Shown here one piece after another: positions 22,509 through 34,929 of a stretch of DNA of 49,818 bases. Below the pieces are notes generated by a model. It saw nothing but the letters and a program-made list of their open reading frames with translations, ran no database searches and was not told the DNA's origin. This DNA is from Chiloscyllium plagiosum. Lineage: Eukaryota. Location of the stretch: assembly GCF_004010195.1 (NCBI RefSeq), contig NC_057718.1, positions 12,683,628 through 12,733,445 on the forward strand. The letters run 5' to 3'. Numbering within the stretch: position 1 is the first letter of the stretch; every line of letters starts with the position of its first letter. The position numbers and the translations under genes were made by a program.

Positions 22509-23011
22509 ACATCCATTCCATTGTACTGAATCTCAGCCATTACATTTAATCATGGACCCTGTTCCAACTTTCTATTTCCAAAATCTTTTTGTCTTAGGAG
22601 CACGAAATGCACTTTACCACATGTAACTTATACATGTATTGGCTCTTTAATTGTAGGAGTGAAATAAAGGACATTTTATAGCCATGGCGAACAACTTCTG
22701 AAATGATTGTCTGGGTGACAGGGGAGGTATGATGACTAGTGCAGGAAGAAGGCCTCATGGGAGCTATCAGAGTGCCAGTCCAGACCTGGGGCTGAGTTTT
22801 CCCTTTTTGGTGCAGAAAACAGGAGTCGGGACCACTTCCAGGCTCTGAACCTTGCCCCACCAGGGAGAAGCATTCAGTGACTTGGGGTTTTCAAGATAGC
22901 ACCCTCTGAATGTGCATGGAGACAGTACAGCACAGTTCATGACAGAAGCTCATCACCTTCTCAAGGACATCTAAGGATGGGCAAAAATTGCTGCCAAGCC
23001 AGCGACTTCTA

Positions 23012-23311
23012 GGACGGCACAGTGGTTCAGTGGTTCGCACTGCTGCCTCACAGTGCCAGAGACCCGGGTTTGATTCCCGCCTCAGGCAACTGTCTGTGTA
23101 GAGTTTGCACATTCTCCTTGCATGTGCGTGGGTTTCCTCCGGGTGCCCCAGTTTCCTCCCACAATCCAAAGAATTGGCCATGCTAAATTGCCAAGTCAGA
23201 GGTAAATATAGGGTAGGGGAATGGGTCTGGGTGGGTTACTCTTCGGAGGGTCGGTATGGATTTGTTGGGCCGAAGGGCCAGTTTCCATATTGTGGGGAAT
23301 CTAATCTAATC
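23012..23311 (+). mobile_element. tRNA-derived shark SINE (HE1-like)
   Basis: A box TGGTTCAGTGG 23023-23033, B-box-like GGTTTGATTCC 23067-23077, (AATCT)n tail. Confidence 0.85.
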
Positions 23312-23741
23312 GAAGTTTATGCCCCACAAGTGAGTGTAACGTAAATTAAGGCAAACAACTGGCCTTCTGAATTTGGATGGTCTCAGAAGCCTTGCAGCTT
23401 GAGAGGAACATCAGGTATGCATTACAGGGTAAGTAATTAAAAGGATGCTTCAACATAGAGCCATCCCCAACAACTTTTAAAAATGCGTAATTGAAATGGA
23501 AAAAAAGAAACTAGGCTAACACTTGGTGAGTGTGTGAGAGAAAGAGGGATATAGAATCCCTCTTTAGGGTGGCTCTCATTTCTCATGTACCCAAGGAAAC
23601 AGTGGGAGCCTGTAACCTAGAGTATTTGACTCTTTACATACTGTCTGACTTCCATACAATTGTCATGATGCCTTTACCCTGGGCCTTCCTCAAGGTCATT
23701 ACTCTTCCACTTAAAACACCATGTGTTAAGGTGGCTGCTTA

Positions 23742-23936
23742 GATGTAGGTTTGCTCGCTGAGCTGGTTAGTTCATTTTAGACGTTTCGTCACCATACTAG
23801 GTAACATCTTCAGTGAGCCTCCGGATGAAGATTTTACCTCGTAGAGTGATGAAACATCTGAAAATGAACCTTGCAGCTCAGTGAGCAAACCTACATCCAG
23901 AACATCAACCTGAGCTACAAATCTTCTCAAAACTCG
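23742..23936. mobile_element. Penelope-derived fold-back element (second family)
   Basis: gatgtaggtttgctcgctgagctg ... cagctcagtgagcaaacctacatc are inverted arms; same terminus as the GIY-YIG-bearing copy at 44378. Confidence 0.75.
23777..23816 (-). ncRNA. Minimal type I hammerhead ribozyme motif
   Basis: Minus strand: UCA CUGAAGA U GUUACC-uaguau-GGUGAC GAAA C GUC UAA; 6 bp stem II with one GU pair; stem I weakened. Confidence 0.55.
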
Positions 23937-24289
23937 GTGATGCTTACAGGCAAAGTTTACATACCTTACTGGAACTAGACAACTGATTTAAGTGAACACT
24001 ATAATCAAAATCACACTTCTATTAGTGCTCTAATTAAGCAGATCAGAACATCTAACATTAGATTCCACAACAGGACAACACTCACGGAACAATATCATGT
24101 GCACTAAGGATTACACAAACAGCCAATTTAAGATTATCAATTGGGTTTACAATGTGGCTCTCTTATGGTTGCTCAAAGCTCCATATTTTCACAGGCGGAA
24201 TCTTCTGAAAGGAAGAGCCATATGTCTAGGCATTGCACCTGCTTGACATTAACAAAAGCTTGGAGAAAAGTCATGCCCTGATACATTCT

Positions 24290-24470
24290 TTATGGTAACA
24301 TCTTGACCAATCAGAGTTGACTTGTCAGCCAAGCAGCACCCTTTTCTCTTGCAATATAAATTTTTGCACTGTTTCAAATTTGGCATTCTTGCATCTGTCC
24401 CTATGAGTGCTAAAGAATTTTAACAATATATGTCTTTATTTGCAATGATCAATTTGTGTACGACCAAGTG
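24290..24470 (+). repeat. Degenerate interspersed repeat, same family as 36985-37230 and 37535-37665
   Basis: Shared motifs ccaatcag..cagcac, ttggcattctt and tgagtgc. Confidence 0.45.
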
Positions 24471-25254
24471 AAAATGCTTAATGCATGATGTAAAGGATTT
24501 ATTGTCTGGAAAAATCATAGCATGTCTCAGAACAAACAAAATTTACTTTTCCAGAGAAGTTTCCAGTAAGCCTTTAAGTAATCGATGGTTAAGCATCACA
24601 AAGCTTTGAGAAAGTTGATATATTTCACACATGCTTCACTCAATTCTCCTTGAAAGTTGCACTCAGGCTCCTACAACATGCATTTGTCCCTGGAATCTTT
24701 CAGTCTCACATTATTCAGGTGAGAATTTGGGCAAACAGATACTGAAAGGCTCTCCTGTGGAGTCTACATCTGTTATAACTTGTTCCCTATCCATTACAGC
24801 ATTATTCATGTAGTATCCAGTTGCCTGGTTTCCCTTCCTACTTGCATTATTTAATTGTTCAAGCATTACAGTTTCATCTGCTCTTCTTTGCCCAGGTCAT
24901 TTTGTAATTTTGGAGCTGCCCCTCCTATACCTTTTGTAAAATTGATCCGTTCACATTGGGTTTTTGGAATTAAGTCATCAATAAAAATAAAAATCTATAA
25001 GGATCCCAATACCAAGTACTCAGGACCCTCTCTCAGTGCTCACTACTTCTCCGTCCTCTACCTATTAATTTCTACCATATTGTCAACCAATTTCTTATCT
25101 AATGCTGTGATTTATCTTAAATCCCTGCAGCTTTGAATGTAAATAATAACCTATTATGTGAGACTTCATCAAGCGACCTTTGACAGACCAGCTGCATTGT
25201 ATAAAAATTCATGTACCTCAAAATATGGTTACAAAAGGGATTAGTGAACCCTAA

Positions 25255-26130
25255 TTCTTTTTCTGATTCATCAAGGGCTGTGGGTGTTGCTGACTGGGCC
25301 AATATTTATTGCCCTGGAGAAGATGGTGGGAAGGTGTTGTCATGAACCATTGCAATCCATGTGCTATCGGTAGACCCACAGTGCCCTAGGGAGGGAGTTT
25401 CAGGATTTTGACCCAGTGACACTGAAGGAATAGCAATATCAAGTCAGGATGGCAAGTAGCATGGAGAGAATCTAGAGGTGGTGGTGTTCTCAAATATCTG
25501 CTGCCCTTGTCTTTCAGGGTGGTAGTAGTCATGAGTTTGGAAGTTGCTGTCTAAGGGTCCATGATGAATCTCTGCAGTGCATCTTGTAGTTGGTATTCAT
25601 TGCTGCTACTGAGTGTCATTTGTGGAGGGAGTGGATGTTTATGGATGTGGTGCCTATCAAGCGGGTTGCTTTGTCCTGGATGGTGTCAAGCTTCTTGAGT
25701 GTTGTTGGAACTGAACTCATCCAGGCAACTGGGGTGTATTTCATTAAGCTCCTGACGTGTGCCTTATGGGTGGTAAACCGACTTTGGGGAACCAGGGGTG
25801 AGTTACATGCTGCAGTATTTCTAGCCTCTGATTTACTCTTGTAGCCACAGGATTTATATGGAAGGTCCAGTTCAGTTTTTGGTCAATGGTGGCCCTCAGA
25901 GTATTGATAATAAGAGATTCATTGATTTGATGTCATTAAATGTGCTTAGCTTCTGTCTTGTTGGAGATTGTTTTTGCTGCCACATGTGTTACTTATTATT
26001 TGTCACCCTGAACCTGGACACTGTCCAGATCTTTCTGAATTTGGACATACTGGTTCAGTATCTGAGGAATCATGAATGCTGTGGAACATTGTGCAATCAT
26101 CAACTATTATTCTACTTCTGGCCTTTGAAA
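25255..26130 (-). mobile_element. LINE 3' fragment (CR1/L2 group) sharing its tail with the SINEs at 30300 and 38338
   Basis: Reverse complement ends gggcaataaatattggcccag..catcc-like tail; a similar fragment lies at ~3440-3670. Confidence 0.65.
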
Positions 26131-26154
26131 TAACAATCAAAAATCTTCCTCTTG

Positions 26155-26265
26155 CATTTCAACATTGCAGCAGTGACTGCACTTCAAAAAGTAATTCACT
26201 GGATGTAAAAGACAATGGGACATCCTGAGGTTATGAAAGGCCTCTATATAATGGAAAATCTTTTT
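26155..26265 (+). mobile_element. Deu-SINE 3' tail fragment
   Basis: cagtgactgcacttcaaaaagtaattcactgg..catcctgaggttatgaaagg. Confidence 0.55.
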
Positions 26266-29200
26266 ATCTTCTTTTCTGTACTTCAAGAAGCTCATTGAGC
26301 TGTAGAGAAATTACTGAGATGAGAAGCAACTATGCTCAGCAGGCTAAAGGCGTTGATCTGTTGGGATAATCTTTGTGGCTTCAATTTTAATTTGGCTTTA
26401 GGAGGGATCCCATTCAGTTTGATAAAATTGTTAAGGCCATTGATAACATGAGTAAAAGGGTTTCTTGAGGTGACAAGGTCAGGTAGAATTAGGGTCCATC
26501 CGCTTTAAGAAACAAAGTAAACTGGAGGTTTGGCTGTTCAGGAGCTTCTGAAAGCAAAGGAAAGCTTTGTTCAAATTGAAGTCTAACAAACATTTCAGTG
26601 AAAGCACGTGCCTCAAATACTCAAACCCAAAGACAGCCTGAACACTGCAGCAACAGAATGAATGCTCATGACTGACCCTGATCTGATCAAATCCTGGAAC
26701 CATCACCATCTGCTGCCCTTAACTTCTGTCTATCGATGTGCTTGTTTCCACCAATAACACACACCCTCCCCCTACAACCACCCCTCCCCTCCCTAAGTCT
26801 ACCCATGCCAAAATTATGCTCCTTTCAGTGCTGTGTATGAATGATGTGTTTGGGTCTCACTGGCTGAACACTGGCCAGGAAGCATCTGTTGCAGTCAGGA
26901 CATTAAAGCATCTGCTGCTATTTGCTCTCCTCTCCCAGCGTACCATAAGATATGGCTTCATCCAAAGGTGCCTTTGTATCTGCAATTGTTAATTCCAGCA
27001 TTGTGAGTTGCAGGCTGTTCCCTGTTACACAATTGTATTACTAATGCACATTGACAAATAAATCTCAAATATGCATAAGATTGTACTGGACTCTCAGCAC
27101 ACAGTAGATTCTGTTTACTTGATTCCTCCTGTTCAACTGCTTTCTGCTTGGCATTCCAATAAATTCTCATTTTGATTTGGAAACTTTGTGACCAGAGCAT
27201 TATCAGTTGTAACACCATAAAAATAGCTCTGAGCACTTGAAGTGAATTTGACCCTTTCTGCTCTGAATTCAAATGCATCCATAAACAAGTATCATTTCAT
27301 CTCAGTTCCTTTAAATGTTTATCAGGAACTGCAGTTAACTATTGCAAGCAATAATTTATTTGACTGATTTTTAAATACCATCACCACAGGCTCCTGATGG
27401 ACATGGTCGTCCTCAGCTGTCATCCTGCCTTGTCCTTATGTCAACGTTGTGAGATTGTACTAGAGCTTCTCCTGGGAACTTTCAGCCTCAGTGTTTCCAA
27501 GCAGAAAACACCAGGTCTCCAGAGAGCTACATTTAAATCAGGGCAATATCCTCAGTGTCAGCACAGAATAGCCCACCCCATGGGGTAAAGATAGGGAATA
27601 CACAGCAGATGTTCGTGGTAAAGCCTGTTTACATTCTGAAACTTTTCTGCTTCATATTCCTTTCTGGTGCAGCTATGGAATTCTCAATCGAGTGAAGGGA
27701 GGAGGTAGAAATTTCTCGATATAACATTTAAATCTGTACTAAGTATTGCCTTATTATTTATATACATGGGAGTTAAAAAGATCTAGCAGCAAAGGATAAG
27801 ATTTATTTATTCACTTAATAATGAACCCAAATATCCCAAGAACTTTACTTTCTTAAAAAAAAAGCTATAATCAAGATAAGAGGAATTGGGCCCAGATTTC
27901 TCAAGAAAGTTCCATTTGAAGTTGGAGGGTTTTCCTTGCAAAAGAATACACTTAATCGTGTCTGCATTTTGGCAGCTTTGTTTGCTTGTGTTCATTGTGG
28001 ACACTACCGCATGTGGTCTTCTCACGATCTGGCTGAAGCTCCCCTACTATCACCCTCCTTTTGTCCAAACAAAAATCGGTGCATTTTAATTGTGCTGAAT
28101 TCTAATTGTTTTCCCAAAACTCCCCCAGCAACAACTTTAACGGGATCCCTTACCCAATCAGGAAGGGATGATGGGGGCAGTGGGGGGGGTTGCGCAGTAA
28201 GGCTGTAGCAGCACAAGAAGGGGTGGAGTCCAGCATTGTGCATTCTGACAGGTGACCAGTATGCCAGGACAAAGAGTGGGTCATAGCTGGAGTCAGATCT
28301 CTATTCTCAGCTCCATGTACTTCACTCCTCACAATCTGTCCAAATTTAACTCGCCATTGAGGATCTTAGCTGCAGAAAACAGTTTTATATTGACTAATCC
28401 AGGCAGAAATAAGAGTACACACAGAGACAGGTTCGAAGGCGGGACACTACTATTCTCTTTCTCTCTGCCTCCAGTGAAAAGTCTTCAGAAAATCAGTGAC
28501 AAGATTAATCAGCCTGTGGAGCTGAAACACATGCTTGACTTAAACAACCTCTTTGCTGTGTTAACAACTACTCCAAGAGTTCTCTTGTTATGCTAATACA
28601 GATTAGTGCAAAACTCATTCCTTCTCCACTGAACAGGCCAATTAATTCAAAACAATCTACATATGCTAGGCATTACCTCAGAGACAGTCAGAGCAGTGCA
28701 TACATTGCATGGGGAAATTGTATTACAGTACCTTTTCTAACACTCCGACACATTGCAATTGTGGTTGGCACACAAACCACAGGCAGAGAGAAAGAAGTCT
28801 GCAGTGAATGCAAAGAGACAACAATCTGTTCTGTTTTCTCATCTGTTTTTGGTGCCTATTTGATTTTCTACAAACAAAACAATAACCACACAGAGAGGAA
28901 TGGGTGTCATTCCCACTATATGTCTATCATAATGTCGTTTTGTCAGTGCTCTTGGCTGAATGGCTCCATTAGCGCAGTTTCCTTTTCACTAGGGACTGCG
29001 TGCAGCATTCTGCACCATCATTCCATTCTTCACCATGAGTCCAGCTTTCTCAACATTTCTATTTGTTTGGCTTCTTGGACAGGTTTTAGTGTTGTATTAA
29101 AATGCAACAATATAATTTTGGCTTTCTAAAACAATGCAATTAAAAGTCCATGTGACTGATCCTAATGTCTCATTTTACTTCTGAACTTATATAGCACCTT

Positions 29201-29517
29201 TAACATGAAGATACTATATAAATACAAATTGTTTCTTTGGGGGAAGATGTCCCATTAACAAAGGCCTTTCACTGTCTCCCTCTGCCAGTTGTTTCCACAA
29301 AGCAAAGGGTGAACTGGTAACATTACTAGTCAGGTGACTGAAACTTGGTAAACACAGAGACAGTTTGCCAAAAAAAACTGCATTAGATCTGGATAAGGAG
29401 CTCAGAAGAAGCTATCCATAAAAGTAGCAAATTTTCGAATTGATCTGCCACAGCCAAAATAAATCACCCACTCAACAATTCAGTGCAAAGAAAAGCAGAA
29501 GGACAAATATATATATC

Positions 29518-29541
29518 TGTGTGTGTGTGTGAATGTGTGTG
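29518..29541. repeat. Imperfect (TG)n microsatellite
   Basis: Seen directly. Confidence 0.85.
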
Positions 29542-30299
29542 TTTTGCACAGAAGTGCCAGGTTTTGTAAAAAAAAAGGAGGCTGTTAGGTGAGAGTTGGC
29601 AGTATGCTGGGTTTATTTATCGTGCTGAACATTTTTTTTAAAAAAAGGCTAATTGGTGAACATTTTCTGCTTGGGTGACGATTTTGTGTTTGAACATTAT
29701 GCTTGGATCAGCAATTCTACACAATAGCAAATAATGAGATGGGGGTTTGCAATACTAGACTTCGAGCAGGTTTACGTTAGGATCAGGAGTTAACTGTACA
29801 GTGGTACGTGCAAGGAAATTGGTCAAAAAGACATCAAAACAAAAGGCACAAACCAATTTTTTTGACTTGCCTCCTATTAGTTTATGACTCACACAGGATA
29901 ATAATACTATTCCAACTTATCATTTGACATGCTCAGTGTTTCACAGGGCCTGTGGCTTGACTAGTGAAGCAGACAGAAATTTGATCCTTAGTCCATGTTT
30001 AGCAAAATCTCAGCTGGGGTGGAAATGGGTGCTTTACAGGTTTTCTTAGCAGGCAAAAGGACAAAAAGGCACAATTCCTGTAGCTGATATCTGTGTAAGA
30101 AACTCTCTGGGAAAGCACGTCCACAAGAGGAGTGGGTGAGGATTAAGTCAGCCTCTGGTGCGATACCTGTTAATAACCTATGCCACTTAAGAAAGGTACC
30201 AGAGGAAGTGGAAAGAATATTCCATGGTCTCAGAACATTGAAAAGAGTGCCATGGGGAGATACAGTGGTGCAGTGTGAATGTAGCTGAATTAAAATCCT

Positions 30300-30620
30300 G
30301 AGATCCAAGTTATTATTTAGGGGAAATGTGTTAAGTCCTGCCATGGTAAATTGTGGAATTTAAATTGAATTAATTAAAAGAAAATCTGTGATTGAAAGCT
30401 AATCTCAGTAATGATGACCATGAAAGTATTATTGATTATTGCAAACCCCAATCTGGTTCACTACTGTCCTATAATAAAGGAAATCTGCCATCCTTACTTG
30501 GTCTGGGCTACAGGTGACTCTAAGTTCACAGTAATTTGATTGTTTTTGAACTTCTGTTAAGGCAGTTAGGAAGAGACAACAAAAATTGGCAATGCTCATG
30601 TCCTAGGAGTCAACTTAAGA
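30300..30620 (+). mobile_element. Second shark SINE family, degenerate copy
   Basis: Similar to 38338-38695 (gaccatgaaa..ctggttcact..aaggaaatctgccatccttac). Confidence 0.6.
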
Positions 30621-30659
30621 AAACAGCCAATTACATAGATTTGAAGTGTACCAGCTATT

Positions 30660-31000
30660 AGAATGCAGGAAACATATATGCAGAGAAAACTCCTGCAAAT
30701 AGCAAAGTGATACTGACCAGAGAGTTTGTTTTAGTAAAAACGTGGAAACATAGAAACTCAAGCCAAAAGTAGATCATTTGTGATGTTCGTCATGGAGTAA
30801 ACATTAGGCAGGAAGAACAATACTGGTCTCTTCAAAACTGTACTCCACAATACTTTACACTCACTTAAGAGGACAGGCAACTCATTCAAAAAAAAGGTAC
30901 CTCCAACAGTGCAGGATGCCCTCCATATTTCACTGAAATGCAGACTAAATCTTGGGCTAAATTCTCTGACATGGGACCCTACCCCACCAATATCCAGTGA
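30660..31000 (-). mobile_element. Degenerate Deu-SINE
   Basis: Similar to 20311-20690 (ggtacctccaacagtgcaggatgccctc). Confidence 0.45.
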
Positions 31001-32149
31001 CATCAGAACTGAAAGAGGTGAAAAGAATTTTTAAACCTTGTACAATATTCACCTGATCAGTCTGAATTATACTGCAGCCACATACCCTGGTATGTTTTAT
31101 CACCAGGCTTGGTGTAGCTTCTGTTTTCCCATAAATATCTTCACCTAAAGCTCTCTAGTTTCATTCAGAGTAGTTGTAAATAGTACCGTCATTTCATGCT
31201 TAACTTACATTCAGACACATATGTGCAGGCTGACCAGAATGAATGCAGACTGTGACAGAGTGTGGTTAATGATTAATAAATGGAATTGGTTTCCTGTGGG
31301 AGGTTCCAGTGATGGAGAAAATATGTTACTCCTTACATGGTCACTACTCTTTACGGCTTTTGAGATGAAGGTCTCACCTTTGCACTGCCTCATGACTTGT
31401 TGTACCTCTGACCTCTGTACAATGGCATGATCGTCTGCTTGGTTGAGTGTTGGACTGCCTAGCATCCCGCAGGGCTCATCTGTTGCTGTGCTGGAAGGGC
31501 TCTCACACCCACGACCCTCTGCAAGTCTTTATTGTGTGTCAACTTGTTTGAGTTGTCCCTCCAATTATCTGTAGCTAAATAGTAACCAATCTGGGGGATT
31601 CAGACTACCTTTAAATTACAACAGTCTCTCTCTCTTTTGGCTTTATCACAATATTAGTTGATCACCCTCCATCCAGATCAACTGTCATTTATGATTTGCG
31701 AGGAGATTTTACAGCCATCTACTCTTCCTGATTATCTGAGTCGGGGGCTGGTGCAGATACATGTGAAATCGCATGCACCAGAGTTTACATTCTTCCCCAT
31801 GTCTATCGTGGGACTCATCCCAGAGCATTTGGGCTGAGAGACAGACTGCTACTGCCTGAGCCACAAGACCTTGCTCTTTCAGCCACAACACTCTTATGCT
31901 CCATACTTAAAATGAGTGAAATTGCACTGTTAATGAAAGTTGGGAACTTAGCAGTTTTTCCTTCTTAAGTAATAACTAATGGAGCATTTTTTTTTGGTAA
32001 AGGAGGAATTTTGTCTTTAACTTTAACCAGATGGAAAAGGCCTCAGAACATGTTTGACAGCTGTGAAGCTGTATTTCAGCGTAAGTCAACAACATTAGTC
32101 TCATACCAAATGCAAGATTTTTATGTATAAGTACAATTTTATGAAACTG

Positions 32150-32710
32150 CCTAAAACTACACAGTAGTGTAGATGTTATATTAATGCACTAATAATTCAG
32201 AGAACAAACATTCAAATCCCACCATGTTTGGTTTGAGAAATTAAATTCAGTTTACAAGACATAAAGATAAAACTCTGGTCTCAGTAAAAGTGGACTAATT
32301 GGATTGCTGTAAGTCATTAGGGTCATACAGTCATAGAGAGCTGCAGCACAGAAAAATCCCCTTTGGACCCATTGTGTCAGCACTGGTCAAAAACAACCAC
32401 TTAACTGTTCTAATCCCATTTTCTAGCATTTTGCCCATAGCCTTGTATGCCTTGGCATTACAAGTGCATATCTAGCCACTTCTTAAATTCACTAATGTCC
32501 TTTTAGGGAATGAAAGTCATCATATTTACATGATTTGGCCTTGATGTGACTGCAGTCTCCTAGCAACTCTTAACTGTCTTAACTGATTTCTCAGGTAGCC
32601 TAGCAAGTCTAACAGTTGCAACATAGAGAAGCCAATTAACACCTTCACAAGACAACCAGCAATGAATTTCAGTATTGCCAGCAATATGCAAATCCCAACA
32701 ATGATAAAGA
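32150..32710 (+). mobile_element. Second-family SINE interrupted by a minus-strand CR1 tail (~32320-32485)
   Basis: SINE motifs (ttcaaatcccaccatg, ttcactaatgtccttttaggga) on both sides of gtcatacagtcatagag.. Confidence 0.55.
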
Positions 32711-32779
32711 AAAGCTACTCACTGAGAATGCTAAAAATCAACTGTCCTATGTGCAACATATAATGCAATTAGGATGTTG

Positions 32780-33222
32780 TCTATGCTGGAGAGATCAAGC
32801 CATGAAGAGAGAGAGGCGACATAGGTTGAGTTGTTTTCCTTGGAATGGAAAATACTAAGGCAAAAACCGATAGAGGTGTTCAAAGTTCTTGGTGGGGGAG
32901 CAAAGTCAGGGGAGAGATGTCAGAAGATTAAGTCAGTAACCAAGAGGTACCATGTTAAAGCAAGAAGCAGGTGGTTTAAAGGGGATTTGAGGAATTCGTT
33001 TTATACCCAGAAGGTAGTGGGCATCTGAAATTCACCACCTAAAAGGGTGGTAGAGGAAGGAGCCCTCAAGATGTTTAAGAACTAATTCAATGAACATTTG
33101 AAATGCGATAGCAGACAAGGCTAAGGGTCAAATGCTGGCAAATGGGATTAAGGTAGATGCATGTTTGATGACTGGCTCAGAAAGGGCTTCTTTCTGTGTC
33201 GTAAAGTCTCTGTGACTCTAAT
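32780..33222 (+). mobile_element. CR1-type LINE 3' fragment
   Basis: LFSLEWKILR..IEVFKVL..FKGDLRNSFYTQKVVGI. Confidence 0.75.
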
Positions 33223-33655
33223 GTTTGGGATCTGAATATTTTCCGGTTCAGTTTGCTCTGTATCCCTCTCTTGAAATCACTCACTTACAAAGTGTCATAA
33301 TGTCTGTTGCCTTGCTGTTGACCTGATTTCTGCAGCAGAGCAGGTGATATCTCATTTACTTGCCACAATCTAGTGTTGCTCACAACAATAGCAATTTCAT
33401 TCATCTCTCAGATCAGAAGTCAACTGCCTTCCAAGGAGTGGTGTCATCAGCACGGAGAACAATATCACCTTTTGATGACATCTCCTATGTTTTTGATGAA
33501 AGAATTCTCTGCATTTTGTTCTGTCCTTGGAACCCAGTTTCAACTTATTGGTAAAGCACAAGAACTACGGAATTTACTCAGTGTCCCAGCATCCACCACA
33601 TTCCAGGATAGTGAACTCCACAGATTTACGACCCTATGAGAAGTAATTTATCCTC

Positions 33656-33840
33656 GATTTGGAGATGCCGGTGTTGGACTGGGGTGTACAAAGTTAAAAA
33701 TCACACAGCACCAGGTTATAGTCCAACAGGTTTAATTGGAAGCACACTAGCTTTCGGAGCGACCCTCCTTCATCTGATGAATCACCTGATGAAGGAGCAT
33801 CGCTCCGAAAGCTAGTGTACCTGGTGTTGTGTGATTTTTA
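33656..33840. mobile_element. Non-autonomous fold-back element with hammerheads (same family as 6017-6246)
   Basis: High similarity to the 6017 copy; target-site duplication (t)aatttatcctc at 33644-33655 and 33839-33850. Confidence 0.8.
33783..33817 (+). ncRNA. Minimal type I hammerhead ribozyme motif
   Basis: CAC CUGAUGA A GGAGC-auc-GCUCC GAAA GC UA GUG; all core positions intact. Confidence 0.7.
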
Positions 33841-34929
33841 ATTTATCCTCATCTGTTTTAAAGCTGCTACACCTTATCCTAAAAATATGACCTCTCCTGA
33901 TTGTCCTACACGAGGAGACATCTTTTCTACATCTACTTTGTCAATCCCTTTAGCATCTTATATACCTCATTGGACCTCACTGGTTCTTCTAAACTCCAGA
34001 GAGTATTGGCCTAAACTTCTCAAACTCTCTTCACAAGATAAGCCCCTCATCTCTGCAATCGATCTAATGAACCTTCTCTGAACTGCCTCCAATACAACTA
34101 CATCCCTCCTCAAGTAAGAGGACCAAAATTGGACATAATAATCCAGGTGCAATCTCCTTAATACCTTGAAAAGTTGCAACATCAGTTCCTTACTTTGATA
34201 CTCTAATCCATTTGCAATATATGCCAAACTTCCATTTGCCATCCTTATTGCCTGATGTACTGAATGTTAGTTTCATGCGCAAGGACACCCAGATCCCTCT
34301 GTACCAAAGTACTGTGATCGTTCTATCGATTTAGATAATAAGTTGACTTTCTGTTCCTCCAACCAAGATTGATAACCAAAGAACCAAATAAAAGAACTCG
34401 AGTAGATATGAGAAAGTATGTTTAATTTGTTGACTTTGTATTATGATTATGAACTTATAATGCATGTATAAAACTGAAAAACCAAATTGTTTGAATTATG
34501 AGACAGCCACATGGGTAATGTCCTTAGGAACTGCTCCTTTCCTTTTACTGTAACTTAGTGAAATAGTTTTGGATACAGTTCTGGCATAGGTGCACTGATG
34601 CAGCATTTCTGAGCTAATTTACTGCCTTGATTTTACTCTGAACTAGAGGGTTTGACTTTTGCATATCATTTATATTTGCAATGCTGCAGTGATGAAGCAG
34701 AGGTTGATGGTGTAGAATATGTTTAAAGGGGATTGAGTTTTGGATTTTTATGGAAGGCACAAGCATGATCTGGAATGCACTGTTCACTGTGAAATCAGAT
34801 TAAATAGCAACTTCCAGAAAGGAACTAAGTAAAAGAAAAAAAGAATTACAGAACTCTGGGGAAGAGCAGGGACACAGGACAAACAGAATAACTTTCAAAG
34901 AGTTGGCAAGATGGGCTGAATAGCCTTTT

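Larger units (their letters stand above)
33560..34378 (-). mobile_element. CR1-type LINE fragment hosting a fold-back insertion
   Basis: ORF 33967-34242: LQLFKVLRRLHLDYYVQFWS..LEAVQRRF. Confidence 0.85.

Noticed and set aside
23012..23090. tRNA genes at SINE heads (also ~39360-39441)
   Set aside because: A/B boxes continue into SINE body and tail; no full cloverleaf.
28590..29129. 179 aa ORF in the TE-poor block
   Set aside because: No recognisable domain or coding-like composition; compatible with chance. It would need RNA or conservation evidence.
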